This document shows positions 48,994 through 58,697 of a stretch of DNA of 64,000 bases, piece after piece. The DNA is from Candidatus Cloacimonadales bacterium. GTDB lineage: Bacteria; Cloacimonadota; Cloacimonadia; Cloacimonadales; JAFGVF01. The notes under the pieces are model-generated. The model worked only from the letters and a program-made list of their open reading frames with translations, had not been told where the DNA came from and ran no database searches. The position numbers and the translations under genes are program-made. Within the stretch, counting starts at the first letter, position 1, and each line of letters starts with the position of its first letter. Location of the stretch: positions 2,080,001 to 2,144,000 of the forward strand of contig CAXXJV010000001.1 in NCBI GenBank assembly GCA_963663475.2, given 5' to 3'.

Positions 48994-49488
48994 ATGGCTG
49001 ATAACTATCTCTACTCACCTTGGAGACTTGATTATATTCTGAATGAAAAAGAAAAAGGATGTATCTTCTGTCTCAAGCCTGATCAAAATAATGATGAAAA
49101 AAATGGAATACTTTACAGGTCAGACCACTGTTTCGTTATTCAAAACTTATATCCCTATAATAATGGCCATATAATGGTTGTACCTTACAAACATGTTTCC
49201 TCCCTCTTTGCTTTAAATGAAGAAGAAATAATTAACCTTTTTTCAACAGTAAGATTAGCCGAGAAGGCACTCCAGGATTGCTATCACTGCGAAGGACTAA
49301 ATATTGGAATAAACGAAGGAAAAGCAGCTGGGGCTGGAATTGCTGAGCATATTCATGTTCATCTTGTACCTCGGTGGATTGGAGATGTGAATTTTATGAC
49401 TGTTATTGGTGGCAAAAGAGTTATTCCAGAAGCCTTTGAAGTTACTTTTAGAAAACTTAAAGAACAGTTTGACAAATATAAAGAGTAA
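48994..49488 (+). CDS. HIT family hydrolase
   Basis: CIFC, NLYPYNNGH, HIHVHLVPRW. Confidence 0.93.
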   Translation: MADNYLYSPWRLDYILNEKEKGCIFCLKPDQNNDEKNGILYRSDHCFVIQNLYPYNNGHIMVVPYKHVSSLFALNEEEIINLFSTVRLAEKALQDCYHCEGLNIGINEGKAAGAGIAEHIHVHLVPRWIGDVNFMTVIGGKRVIPEAFEVTFRKLKEQFDKYKE

Positions 49489-49494
49489 AATATT

Positions 49495-49941
49495 TTGACA
49501 CTTAGGCAAAAAATAATCTCAATAATAATTGCTGTAATTGTGCTTGTTACACTCATTATTGCAATATTAGTAGTTAAATTTGGAAACAAAGACCAAAGAC
49601 CAGAAATTGATGATAGAGAATTATCAATCAAAATACTTAATGGTTGTGGAATTCCAGGTTTGGCTAGAGATTATGAAAACTATTTAAAAGAAAAATATGC
49701 TGGTTATGAAAATACTTTCTTCAAATTTTCAGAACCTTCAAACGCTAGAAAATATATATATAATAAAAGTGTGATAGTTGTTTCTCAGGACTTAGATGAA
49801 AATCAAAATCCTAACAACTTGCAAGTGTTAATTGATCGTACTGGCATAGAGAATTGGACCTATGCTGTTGATAAAGTTGAATTACCTGATTATCAGTTTC
49901 TGATAATATTAGGTCGTGATTTCCAAAATATAATGAAATAA
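49495..49941 (+). CDS. LytR C-terminal domain-containing membrane protein
   Basis: N-terminal TM, ILNGCGIPGLA, IILGRDF. Confidence 0.8.
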   Translation: MTLRQKIISIIIAVIVLVTLIIAILVVKFGNKDQRPEIDDRELSIKILNGCGIPGLARDYENYLKEKYAGYENTFFKFSEPSNARKYIYNKSVIVVSQDLDENQNPNNLQVLIDRTGIENWTYAVDKVELPDYQFLIILGRDFQNIMK

Positions 49942-49953
49942 GAGAGATAGATT

Positions 49954-50322
49954 ATGCAAGGCAAAGAATTAGTTGAAAAATTAGTAGAGTGGTCAGCAGG
50001 AAGAAAAGCTGAAAACATTAAGTTTTACGACTTAAAAGGTAAAACTTCATATACAGATTATGTTGTGATTGTAGAAGGTGGATCTGAGTTACATATCAAT
50101 GCTATCGCAGGAAATATTGTTGATGAATGCAAGGCTAACAAAATTCATGTACGAGGAAAAGAAGGCATGAAATCAACTTCTTGGATACTTTTAGATTTTG
50201 TTGATGTTATTATACATATTTTAACACCTAGCACAAGAGAATTTTACAAACTAGATAGCTTGTTTGAAAAACTTGAAAAGCAAGAAGAAAGTGAAGATCA
50301 GGATGAGGATTTAAATGATTAA
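49954..50322 (+). CDS. rsfS: Ribosome silencing factor
   Basis: KAENI, TDYVVI, WILLDFVDVIIHI, REFYKLDSLF. Confidence 0.93.
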   Translation: MQGKELVEKLVEWSAGRKAENIKFYDLKGKTSYTDYVVIVEGGSELHINAIAGNIVDECKANKIHVRGKEGMKSTSWILLDFVDVIIHILTPSTREFYKLDSLFEKLEKQEESEDQDEDLND

Positions 50323-52291
50323 AGATATTATTAAAGGTATTATTGTTAACACTTTAGAGAAACTAAATTTGGAGAATAATAATAAATTTAATATTGAGGT
50401 TCCTAATAATCCTGGTCATGGTGATTATGCTACTAATGTTGCCATGGTCCTATCAAAACTAAATAAGAAAAAACCTCTAGCATTAGCTGAAATGATTAAA
50501 AAACAACTTGAGAAGGATAAACACTTCTCTAAAGTTGAAATAGCAGGACCTGGTTTTATAAATATCACTAATGATAATTCTCTTTACCAAGATCTAGTTT
50601 ATGATATTCTTAAGAAAAAAGAAGAATATGGTACTTCTGATCATGGACATGGTAAAAGAGTCTTACTGGAGTTTGTCTCTGCAAATCCTACAGGTCCTTT
50701 AAACATTGTATCTGCAAGAGCAGCATCATATGGTGATACACTTTATAGAATATTTACTAAAGTTGGCTTTGATGCTAAACGTGAATTCTATATTAATGAT
50801 GCTGGTAATCAAGTTGATATCTTAGCTGAATCACTTGAGCTTCGTTTAAGAGAAGTGAGAGGTGAGAATATTGGCGAGTTTCCTTTAGAAGCTTATCATG
50901 GTGATTACTTAATTAAAATGGCTCAAGAACTAAATGCTGCTGAAGGTAGTAGACTTCTAATGCTTCCTGAAAGAGATAGAATTGAAAATCTTAAGGAATA
51001 TGCCTTAGGTATTATTCATGATATGCAAGTTGAGAGTCTTACTAAGCTAGGAGTTGAATTCGATAGTTGGGTTTCTGAAAAGAAACTTCGTGAACAAGGT
51101 GTGGTTGAAGAAGTCCTAAGTTTCTTAGCTGAAGCAGAATGTACTTATGAAAAAGATGATGCTATTTGGTTCTCATCAACCAAGTTTGGTGATGATAAAG
51201 ATAGAGTGCTTATGAAAGCTGATGGCACAATCACTTATTTTGTTCCTGATTTGGCTTACCACTTAACCAAATATCAAAGGGGATTTGATTATATTATAGA
51301 TGTCTTAGGACCAGATCATCATGGCTATGTTCCTAGATTAATGGCAGCAATTGAAGCACTTAAATATGATAAAAATAAGCTGGAAATTGTATTTTTACAA
51401 CAGATTAATCTTTTTGATGAAGGTGAAAGAATCAAAATGTCAAAACGTCTTGGTAAGATCATAACTATGGATGATCTTATTAATGAGGTTGGTAAAGATG
51501 TAGCTAGATTCTTCTTTATAGATAGGAGAACTAATGCTCATCTGAATTTTGATATGGATCTAGCAACTAAAGAAAGCGAAGAAAATCCTGTATATTATAT
51601 TCAATATGCTCATGCCAGAATTAATAGTATTCTCAAAAGAGCTAGAAAAGAATTCAATATTAGAATTGGTAAACCTTCACGCACAGCTCTTTCATATCTA
51701 ACAAATGAAGATGATATTACTATGATGAAAAAAATGATAGATTATCCTCAGCTTTTAGTTGATGTTGCTGAAACTCGTGAACCTCATCGGTTAGCCAATT
51801 ATGTTTTTGAACTAGCTAGTTTGGTCCATAAGTATTACGGCAAGCATAAAGTAATTGATATGGAAGATTTAGAAACCACTAAAGGTAGACTTTTCTTAAT
51901 TACTGCTGCAAAAAATGTAATTGCTCTAGCTCTTGATCTCTTAGGTGTTAGTGCTCCTGAGAAGATGAAGAGTAAAAGTTCAGCTTCGAAAAAAACTAAG
52001 AAGGAAGTTGGAGAAAGTAAGGCTAGTGGCAAAAAGAAGACAGATAAAAAGGCTTCTACTTCAGAAAAATCTGCTACTAAAAAAGAAAAGAAAACTAAAG
52101 TAAGCAAAGATTCTGACCCTGCTGATAAAAAAACAAGCAAGAAAACTTCTACTAAAAAAGCTTCTGCTAAGGATGCTAAGTCTGAAAAAACTAAAAAGAC
52201 TGATGTAAAAGCTAAAAAAACTAGTAAGAAAACTAGTGATGCAAGTAAAAAAACTACCAAAACTACTACAAAAAAGCCATCTACAAAATAG
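50315..52291 (+). CDS. argS: Arginine--tRNA ligase with Lys-rich C-terminal extension
   Basis: GDYATN, AGPGFIN, EFVSANPTGPL, GPDHHGY, KMSKR, YIQYAHARI, GVSAPEKM. Confidence 0.96.
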   Translation: MIKDIIKGIIVNTLEKLNLENNNKFNIEVPNNPGHGDYATNVAMVLSKLNKKKPLALAEMIKKQLEKDKHFSKVEIAGPGFINITNDNSLYQDLVYDILKKKEEYGTSDHGHGKRVLLEFVSANPTGPLNIVSARAASYGDTLYRIFTKVGFDAKREFYINDAGNQVDILAESLELRLREVRGENIGEFPLEAYHGDYLIKMAQELNAAEGSRLLMLPERDRIENLKEYALGIIHDMQVESLTKLGVEFDSWVSEKKLREQGVVEEVLSFLAEAECTYEKDDAIWFSSTKFGDDKDRVLMKADGTITYFVPDLAYHLTKYQRGFDYIIDVLGPDHHGYVPRLMAAIEALKYDKNKLEIVFLQQINLFDEGERIKMSKRLGKIITMDDLINEVGKDVARFFFIDRRTNAHLNFDMDLATKESEENPVYYIQYAHARINSILKRARKEFNIRIGKPSRTALSYLTNEDDITMMKKMIDYPQLLVDVAETREPHRLANYVFELASLVHKYYGKHKVIDMEDLETTKGRLFLITAAKNVIALALDLLGVSAPEKMKSKSSASKKTKKEVGESKASGKKKTDKKASTSEKSATKKEKKTKVSKDSDPADKKTSKKTSTKKASAKDAKSEKTKKTDVKAKKTSKKTSDASKKTTKTTTKKPSTK

Positions 52292-52368
52292 ATTTTAGCT
52301 GAAAAAATTTGTAACTTGAACCTTAATCCCGCGTTTAACAACGTGGGATTAAATTTATAAGGAGAAAT

Positions 52369-52896
52369 ATGAATATCTTAGTTGTCTCTGATACACATAA
52401 TAATATTGCCTTATTTAGGAAAGTATTAGCCGAGAATAAATCTGATATGCTAATCCATTTAGGTGATTATTGGGAAGACAGTCAGAAAGCAAATTTTAAA
52501 GACTACTCTAAAAGCCTTTATCGTGTTCCTGGTATTTATCATCCTGGTTATAGGAATGGCAATCTTCCTGCAATTGAAGACTTAGATTTACATGGAATAC
52601 CAGTAAAATTAGTTCATAATATTGAAGATATTAATTTCTCTAAGACTTCCAACCAGGTGATTTTTTATGGTCACACTCATATTGCCCAAGTTAGCAGATA
52701 TTCAGGAAATATCCTAATTAATCCAGGACACTTAAAATTAGATGAAGATAGGGGACAGTTAGCCTCCTTTGTTAAATTAATCCTTGGTAAGAATGACTTA
52801 ACTGTAGAAATGCATGAAGTTGTTTCAGGTTTAGTTCAGAGATTTAAAATTATAAAAAATCAAGATAATATATTGGAGTTAGTATATGATGGATAA
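52369..52896 (+). CDS. Metallophosphoesterase (YfcE/YsnB-like)
   Basis: VSDTH, HLGD, GHTH, INPG. Confidence 0.85.
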   Translation: MNILVVSDTHNNIALFRKVLAENKSDMLIHLGDYWEDSQKANFKDYSKSLYRVPGIYHPGYRNGNLPAIEDLDLHGIPVKLVHNIEDINFSKTSNQVIFYGHTHIAQVSRYSGNILINPGHLKLDEDRGQLASFVKLILGKNDLTVEMHEVVSGLVQRFKIIKNQDNILELVYDG

Positions 52897-53869
52897 TCAA
52901 TTTATTCCAAAGAGTGAAAACACTTATGATTTACAGCCACTAATTAGTGAGATTAGAAAGGTTATTGTTGGGCAAGATTATATGGTCGAGAGAATCTTAA
53001 TTGGCTTATTAGCTGATGGTCATATTCTAATTGAGGGTGTTCCAGGCTTAGCTAAAACATTAACCGTAAGTACAATTGCCGCAACTTTAGATGTTGAGTT
53101 TAAAAGAATTCAATTTACTCCAGATTTACTTCCTGCTGATATTACAGGAACTTTGATATATAATCAAAAAACAGCAGACTTTACAGCTAAAAAAGGTCCT
53201 CTGTTTGCTAATTTTATCCTTGCTGATGAAATTAATAGAGCTCCTTCTAAGGTACAATCTGCCTTACTTGAAGCTATGCAAGAGAAACAGGTAACCCTAG
53301 GTGATGAGACTTATTCTCTTCCTAAACCATTCTTAGTCATGGCAACTCAAAATCCTTTAGAACAAGAAGGAACTTATCCTTTACCAGAAGCACAGCTTGA
53401 TAGGTTTATGTTAAAACTTAAGGTATTATACCCAAGTAAGAATGAAGAAAAAGAGATTCTAAAAAGAATGGTAAAGACAAGTGTTTTTAAAATTAACTCA
53501 ATCTTTAAGCCTGAAGATATCATGAAGATGAGACAAGAAGTAGAAAACATATATATGGATGAAAAACTTTATGATTATATAGTTGATATAGTTTTTGCTA
53601 CTAGAAGGCCTGGACTCTATCGTAATTTAAAAGAATTAGAGAACTATATTGATTTTGGAGCTTCTCCTAGAGCTTCTATCTGTTTAGCTAAGGCTGCTAA
53701 AGCCCATGCTTATCTTGAAAATAGAAACTATGTTATTCCTGATGATATTAAGGCTATTAGTAAGGATGTTTTAAGACATAGGATTATCTTGTCTTATGAA
53801 GCTGAAGCAGAGCAATATGACTCAGATATGATTATAAGCAAAATATTTGATGAGGTTGAAGTACCATAG
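52886..53869 (+). CDS. MoxR family AAA+ ATPase
   Basis: EGVPGLAKT, RIQFTPDLLPAD, DEINRA, TQNP, EAQLDRF, GASPRA. Confidence 0.96.
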   Translation: MMDNQFIPKSENTYDLQPLISEIRKVIVGQDYMVERILIGLLADGHILIEGVPGLAKTLTVSTIAATLDVEFKRIQFTPDLLPADITGTLIYNQKTADFTAKKGPLFANFILADEINRAPSKVQSALLEAMQEKQVTLGDETYSLPKPFLVMATQNPLEQEGTYPLPEAQLDRFMLKLKVLYPSKNEEKEILKRMVKTSVFKINSIFKPEDIMKMRQEVENIYMDEKLYDYIVDIVFATRRPGLYRNLKELENYIDFGASPRASICLAKAAKAHAYLENRNYVIPDDIKAISKDVLRHRIILSYEAEAEQYDSDMIISKIFDEVEVP

Positions 53870-53870
53870 T

Positions 53871-54755
53871 ATGGAAACTAAGGATATTATAAAAAAGATA
53901 AAGAAAATTGAGATATCTACTAAAAATATAGTAGAAGAACTATTTGCTGGAGAGTATCACTCTCTCTTTAAAGGTCAAGGCCTGGAGTTCTCTGAAGTTA
54001 GAGAATACACCCCTGGTGATAATTATAAGTTAATTGATTGGAATGTTACTGCCCGTAATCAAAAGCCATTCATAAAGACCTTTGAAGAAACTAGGGAACT
54101 AAATGTTCTGTTTCTAGTAGATTGTAGTGCTTCTAACATTTTTGGTACAAGGAATCAGCTAAAATCTGAATACATTGCAGAAATTACAGCAGTATTGTCT
54201 TTTTCTGCACTTATGAATCAGGATTTATGTGGTCTCCTAATGTTCTCAAATGAAATAGAGAAATATATTCCACCTCGCAAGGGGAAAAAGAGTGCTTTGC
54301 AAATGCTAAGAGAAATTCTTTTCTATGAGGCTAAAGAGAAGGGTACTGATATTGCCAAGGCTATCAAGTTTATCTCAAAAGTTATCAAGAAACGTTCTAT
54401 TATCTTTATTATTTCTGATTTCCAAGATTCTGCTTATGCTGATGCACTCAAGCATCTAAAAAATAAGCATGATGTTATAGCAATAAAAGTTACTGATCCT
54501 GCAGAGTCTCTTTTACCAGCAATGGGAATTGTCCACTTTATAGATCCTGAAAGTGGTCAGGATATTGTAATTAATACTAATAATTCTCGTTTTAGGAAAA
54601 ACTATTTAGCTCAAGCTAACCAAGCTGAGACTGATACCATTAACATAATGAAAGAATGTCAAGTTGATATGTTAAACTTAAATACAGAACAATCGTATGT
54701 TAGAGAATTGCAAAAGTTCTTTAATAAAAGACTAAAAAGAAAGAGGAAGGCTTAG
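53871..54755 (+). CDS. DUF58 domain protein
   Basis: GQGLEFSEVREY.PGD, IDWNVTAR, DCSAS, ISDF; ATG at 53871 preferred. Confidence 0.92.
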   Translation: METKDIIKKIKKIEISTKNIVEELFAGEYHSLFKGQGLEFSEVREYTPGDNYKLIDWNVTARNQKPFIKTFEETRELNVLFLVDCSASNIFGTRNQLKSEYIAEITAVLSFSALMNQDLCGLLMFSNEIEKYIPPRKGKKSALQMLREILFYEAKEKGTDIAKAIKFISKVIKKRSIIFIISDFQDSAYADALKHLKNKHDVIAIKVTDPAESLLPAMGIVHFIDPESGQDIVINTNNSRFRKNYLAQANQAETDTINIMKECQVDMLNLNTEQSYVRELQKFFNKRLKRKRKA

Positions 54756-54757
54756 AG

Positions 54758-55693
54758 ATGAAAAAGTTTTTAATTTCTATTCTTTTCCTAATTTTAACTT
54801 GTAATGTTTTTAGTTGGGAACAAGAGAATCAGGTTCCTCAGCCGCTGAAAGTTCTTTATCCTTTCTCTATACAGGTTAAGTTTGATAAGCCTTTTAACTT
54901 AATAAAAGCCCATTTAGATAAGCCCGACAATCTTCTTATCTCAGATGAAGATCAGTGGACTTCTACCTTAACAGATTCTTTAAATCTCACATTGATGGCC
55001 TTAAAACCTGGTGAAATTAAGGTTCCTGAAATTAAAATTATTACTTATGATGAACTAGGTGCAGATACTCTTTTTACTAAGTCATTTGACATATTAGTAA
55101 CTGCTGTTAGTGATTCAAGCTCTCAATTAACAGACATTAAGGCTATTCAACCTTCAAAAGCTGCAATCCTCATGGAGACTCAATTTGCCTGGGTTTATAA
55201 ACTGATTAAATACCTGGTAATTATAATTGTTATTATATTCTTTCTTTACCTCTTATATCATTACTACCCAAGCATAAGAGATAGTTTCTTAAAGAATAAA
55301 CTAAGCCAAGATACTGTAAAACTATTGCCTTGGGAATATGCCTTGCAGGAATTACAGGTTATTAAAGATAGAATGCTCTTAGTTCCAGGCAAAGAATACC
55401 TATTCTCGATAGAATTATCCCTCTTAATGAGAAGATTTTTAGAGAAATATTACATGTTCCCAGCTGCAGAAAGAACTACTTCTGAGCTTAAAAGAGATTT
55501 TAAGAGTTTGGATATCAAAGAAAAAGATAAGCTAATTGAGATATTAGCAAAACTTGACCAAGTAAAATACACAAAAGGGAAATTAAGTGAAAATCTTAAT
55601 ACTGACAATATTTATCAGTGGTTTAGAGACTATTTAGCTGATATTAAGTCTTTTGAAGAGAAGAAAGTTCAAGAGATGGAGGTGAAAAAATGA
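54758..55693 (+). CDS. Bat-operon-associated membrane protein
   Basis: Signal peptide, central TM, LMRRFLE...ERTTSEL...DQVKY; position between DUF58 and batA. Confidence 0.75.
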   Translation: MKKFLISILFLILTCNVFSWEQENQVPQPLKVLYPFSIQVKFDKPFNLIKAHLDKPDNLLISDEDQWTSTLTDSLNLTLMALKPGEIKVPEIKIITYDELGADTLFTKSFDILVTAVSDSSSQLTDIKAIQPSKAAILMETQFAWVYKLIKYLVIIIVIIFFLYLLYHYYPSIRDSFLKNKLSQDTVKLLPWEYALQELQVIKDRMLLVPGKEYLFSIELSLLMRRFLEKYYMFPAAERTTSELKRDFKSLDIKEKDKLIEILAKLDQVKYTKGKLSENLNTDNIYQWFRDYLADIKSFEEKKVQEMEVKK

Positions 55694-56676
55694 GATTTCA
55701 AAATCCATTAATGCTTTTACTTTTACTAATAATACCCCTTTATATACTTGTTCAAATTTGGTTTAGGAAACGTTACAGTAATAAGATTGTCTTTCCTAGA
55801 TTAAAGTTATTATTGGAGGCTAATAATAATAAAAAAAGGTCTTTTTCAGCCCTTGATATCCTAAGATATATTGCTATATTCTTTATGATTTTTGCACTTG
55901 CAGAAGCTGAAATTAGGAGTAATAATAGAGTTACTGCTACTTGGGAAAGGAGTGATACAGATATTGTTATTTGCTTAGATGTTAGTGGATCCATGCTAAT
56001 GGAAACTAGAAATAATAAGCTAATTTCCCATGTCTTTTCTAATAGATTAAGAGACGCTAAACTTGTTATAGAAAACTTTGTAAATAAACTACGAGGTCAA
56101 CAAGTATCTTTAATTACTTTTTCTAATTCTGCTCAGATACTAACTCCGCTATCTGATGACTACTCTATGGTTATTGATAAAACTAAGAGTATAGAAATTG
56201 ATAGAAACAAGCAGTCTCTAACTGCTATTGGTATGGGTATTGCCCTTTCTTCAGCTGTTTTGAAAGATTCTCCTGCTAAATCAAAATTTATAATCCTGAT
56301 TACTGATGGTGTTAATAATACTGGTATTTATCAGCCAATTGAAGCAACAGAAACTTTTGCTTTACCTTTCGATCTTAAGATTTATCCTATTGGCTTTAAT
56401 GCTGCTAGGCAGGGAGGTTTTACAGGTGCAGATGTTGATATCGAAACTCTTAATAAAATTGCTCAGTTAACTGGAAGTGGTCGGGCTGAATTAGCAAATT
56501 CAAGTGAAGCTTTAGAAAGAATTATTAATAAAATCGGTGAATCAGAAAATATTCATGAAGATAAAGACTTACCCTACGCTTATTATCCAATACATCAGAT
56601 ATTGCTTATTGCAGCCTTTATTCTTCTTATAATTGAATTTTACTTAAGGAAAGTTGCCTACTATGAAGTACAGTAG
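55690..56676 (+). CDS. batA: BatA, VWA domain membrane protein
   Basis: MRFQNP N-terminus, DVSGSM MIDAS, TAIGMGI, ITDGVNN. Confidence 0.85.
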   Translation: MRFQNPLMLLLLLIIPLYILVQIWFRKRYSNKIVFPRLKLLLEANNNKKRSFSALDILRYIAIFFMIFALAEAEIRSNNRVTATWERSDTDIVICLDVSGSMLMETRNNKLISHVFSNRLRDAKLVIENFVNKLRGQQVSLITFSNSAQILTPLSDDYSMVIDKTKSIEIDRNKQSLTAIGMGIALSSAVLKDSPAKSKFIILITDGVNNTGIYQPIEATETFALPFDLKIYPIGFNAARQGGFTGADVDIETLNKIAQLTGSGRAELANSSEALERIINKIGESENIHEDKDLPYAYYPIHQILLIAAFILLIIEFYLRKVAYYEVQ

Positions 56677-56724
56677 TCTTATAAATAAAAATAAAAATTT
56701 AGATAGTTTTTGTGGGAGTATTAG

Positions 56725-57729
56725 ATGATTTGGGGAAATGAGTATTGGCAGATATTAATATTTATTATTGCCCCTATTATACTTGTTGGGTCTTTAATTG
56801 TTATGCTGATAACAGATAGAAGAAGAAAAGCAAACTTTGCTAAGTTTTCTTCTGAGAGATTATTTTCTTTTTGGAATCAAGGATTTATTCCTTTTTACTG
56901 GAACCTGCGTACTTTTCTTTTCGCCCTAGCATTAGTCATGATGGTAATAGCAATAGCTAATCCTAAGTGGGGAAAAAAAGAAACTGAATATGCTAGATCA
57001 GGCATAGATATTGTATATCTCTTAGATATTTCTAAAAGTATGGATATAAGTGATATTGCCCCATCTAGACTGCAAAGATCTCTTTCTTTGATAGGAATAT
57101 TATCTGAGAGGTTATCAGGGGATAGAATTGCTCTCATAACTTTCGCAGGAGATACCAATACAGTTTTTTCCTTTACAGATAATATTAAAATTGCTAATTC
57201 AATGATGAATTTAGTTAATACTGATGATGTAAAAGTCATGGGTACTAACATACCTCTTGCTCTGATAGAAACCAATAAGTTAATTGAAAGGGCAGCAAAA
57301 AAGAATGCAGTTGTTTTTCTCTTTAGTGATGGTGAGAACCTTGAGCAAGGAGAAAATCAAATTATGGAGCAAATAGAAAAACTAAAAAGAAGAGGTGTTA
57401 GGTTGTACTCAATCGGGGTTGGTACTCCTAAAGGGCAATTTCTGAAAGATAACACAAATGTTACATCAAGACTCAATGAAGATTTACTAACTAAGATAGC
57501 CCAATCAACTGATGGCAAATATATTGGGTTAAATAAGGATACTAATGCCCTACAAGAGTTAGAAAAGATTATTCAAGAGTATGATAAGAATAGATATTCT
57601 TCTAATAATCCTTTGTTTTATAAAGAACAATTCTGGTTACCCTTAGTGATAGCTTTAATACTTCTGTTAATCGAGACTTTTATTCCTTATGTTAAAAAAA
57701 CTAAACTAAAACGTTATATCGAGAGTTAA
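56725..57729 (+). CDS. batB: BatB, VWA domain membrane protein
   Basis: ANPKWG, DISKSM, PSRL, FSDGE, GVGT. Confidence 0.85.
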   Translation: MIWGNEYWQILIFIIAPIILVGSLIVMLITDRRRKANFAKFSSERLFSFWNQGFIPFYWNLRTFLFALALVMMVIAIANPKWGKKETEYARSGIDIVYLLDISKSMDISDIAPSRLQRSLSLIGILSERLSGDRIALITFAGDTNTVFSFTDNIKIANSMMNLVNTDDVKVMGTNIPLALIETNKLIERAAKKNAVVFLFSDGENLEQGENQIMEQIEKLKRRGVRLYSIGVGTPKGQFLKDNTNVTSRLNEDLLTKIAQSTDGKYIGLNKDTNALQELEKIIQEYDKNRYSSNNPLFYKEQFWLPLVIALILLLIETFIPYVKKTKLKRYIES

Positions 57730-57731
57730 GT

Positions 57732-58688
57732 ATGAAAAAGATGTTATTTATTTTATTAATATTTATTACCATTAATGCTTATGGCTTTGGTCGTGTTTCT
57801 AAAAACAACCAAGCTGTAAAGGCAATTAATGATACTCTTTTATATAATGCTGAAGAAGAGTTAAAAGAGATATTAGAAAAAGATCCAGATAATCCAATTA
57901 TTAACTATAATTATGGTCTAACTAAGTTAAAGCAATTTGAAGAATATAGAAATGAATCTGCTTTAGCTGAGTCTATTGAAAGTTTTGAAAAAGCTAAGGC
58001 TGATACAAGTCGAACCAATTTGCAGGCTTTGTATTATAACCAAGCTAATGCCTATTATAACCTGAAGGATTATGCTTCAGCAGTAAATAATTATCAGGAG
58101 TCAGCTACATACCTTGATTCAACCAGTGTTGATTTGGACCTAGTTTATAATTTAGCTAATTCAATATATAAATTTGCTGAGGAGAATCCTGAATATGATT
58201 CTTTATTAACTAGGGTAGATGAGATGTACAAATCTATAGTATCTGGTGTGGACCAACAACATAAGCAAAAGATTCTTCATAATCTAGGTAATAGTGCTTT
58301 CAAGCAGAGTAAGTATCAGGATGCTATAAACTATTATGTTGAATCCCTTAGATTAAATCCTAAGTCTGAAACGACTAGAATTAACTATGAAATTGCTTTG
58401 AGAAAGCTGAGTGAACAGCAATCTGGTCAAGAAAAGCAAGAGAATCAAGACAAGAAGAAGTCAGATCAAGAACAAGAAGGTTCAAGTAAGCAAGATCAAG
58501 AACAAGAACAACAGCAACAAGAAGCTAAAGAGAAGCAAGAAGAGTATGATGATTTAAGTAAGGAAGAAAAAGAGAAATTAGAAGCTGAAAAGAAACTTGA
58601 TGCTTTGTTGCAAGAACAATCTAGAGATGATGATAATGAAGATAAAACAAAGTTTAGGCAGAATAGACCTAGTGGAAAATATTGGTAA
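57732..58688 (+). CDS. batC: BatC, TPR protein with Q/E-rich linker
   Basis: HNLGN, YVESLRLNP, Q/E-rich region, terminal KYW. Confidence 0.8.
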   Translation: MKKMLFILLIFITINAYGFGRVSKNNQAVKAINDTLLYNAEEELKEILEKDPDNPIINYNYGLTKLKQFEEYRNESALAESIESFEKAKADTSRTNLQALYYNQANAYYNLKDYASAVNNYQESATYLDSTSVDLDLVYNLANSIYKFAEENPEYDSLLTRVDEMYKSIVSGVDQQHKQKILHNLGNSAFKQSKYQDAINYYVESLRLNPKSETTRINYEIALRKLSEQQSGQEKQENQDKKKSDQEQEGSSKQDQEQEQQQQEAKEKQEEYDDLSKEEKEKLEAEKKLDALLQEQSRDDDNEDKTKFRQNRPSGKYW

Positions 58689-58697
58689 TCAGGAGAA

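Noticed and set aside
51835-52341. 168-aa hydrophobic antisense ORF
   Set aside because: Mirror of the Lys-rich argS tail: AAA/AAG codons read as Phe/Leu on the other strand.
1758-57275. Other short antisense ORFs in the track (e.g. 1758, 7867, 13704, 14508, 22325, 30804, 33286, 42301, 56895)
   Set aside because: Shadows of well-supported genes on the opposite strand with no recognisable motifs.
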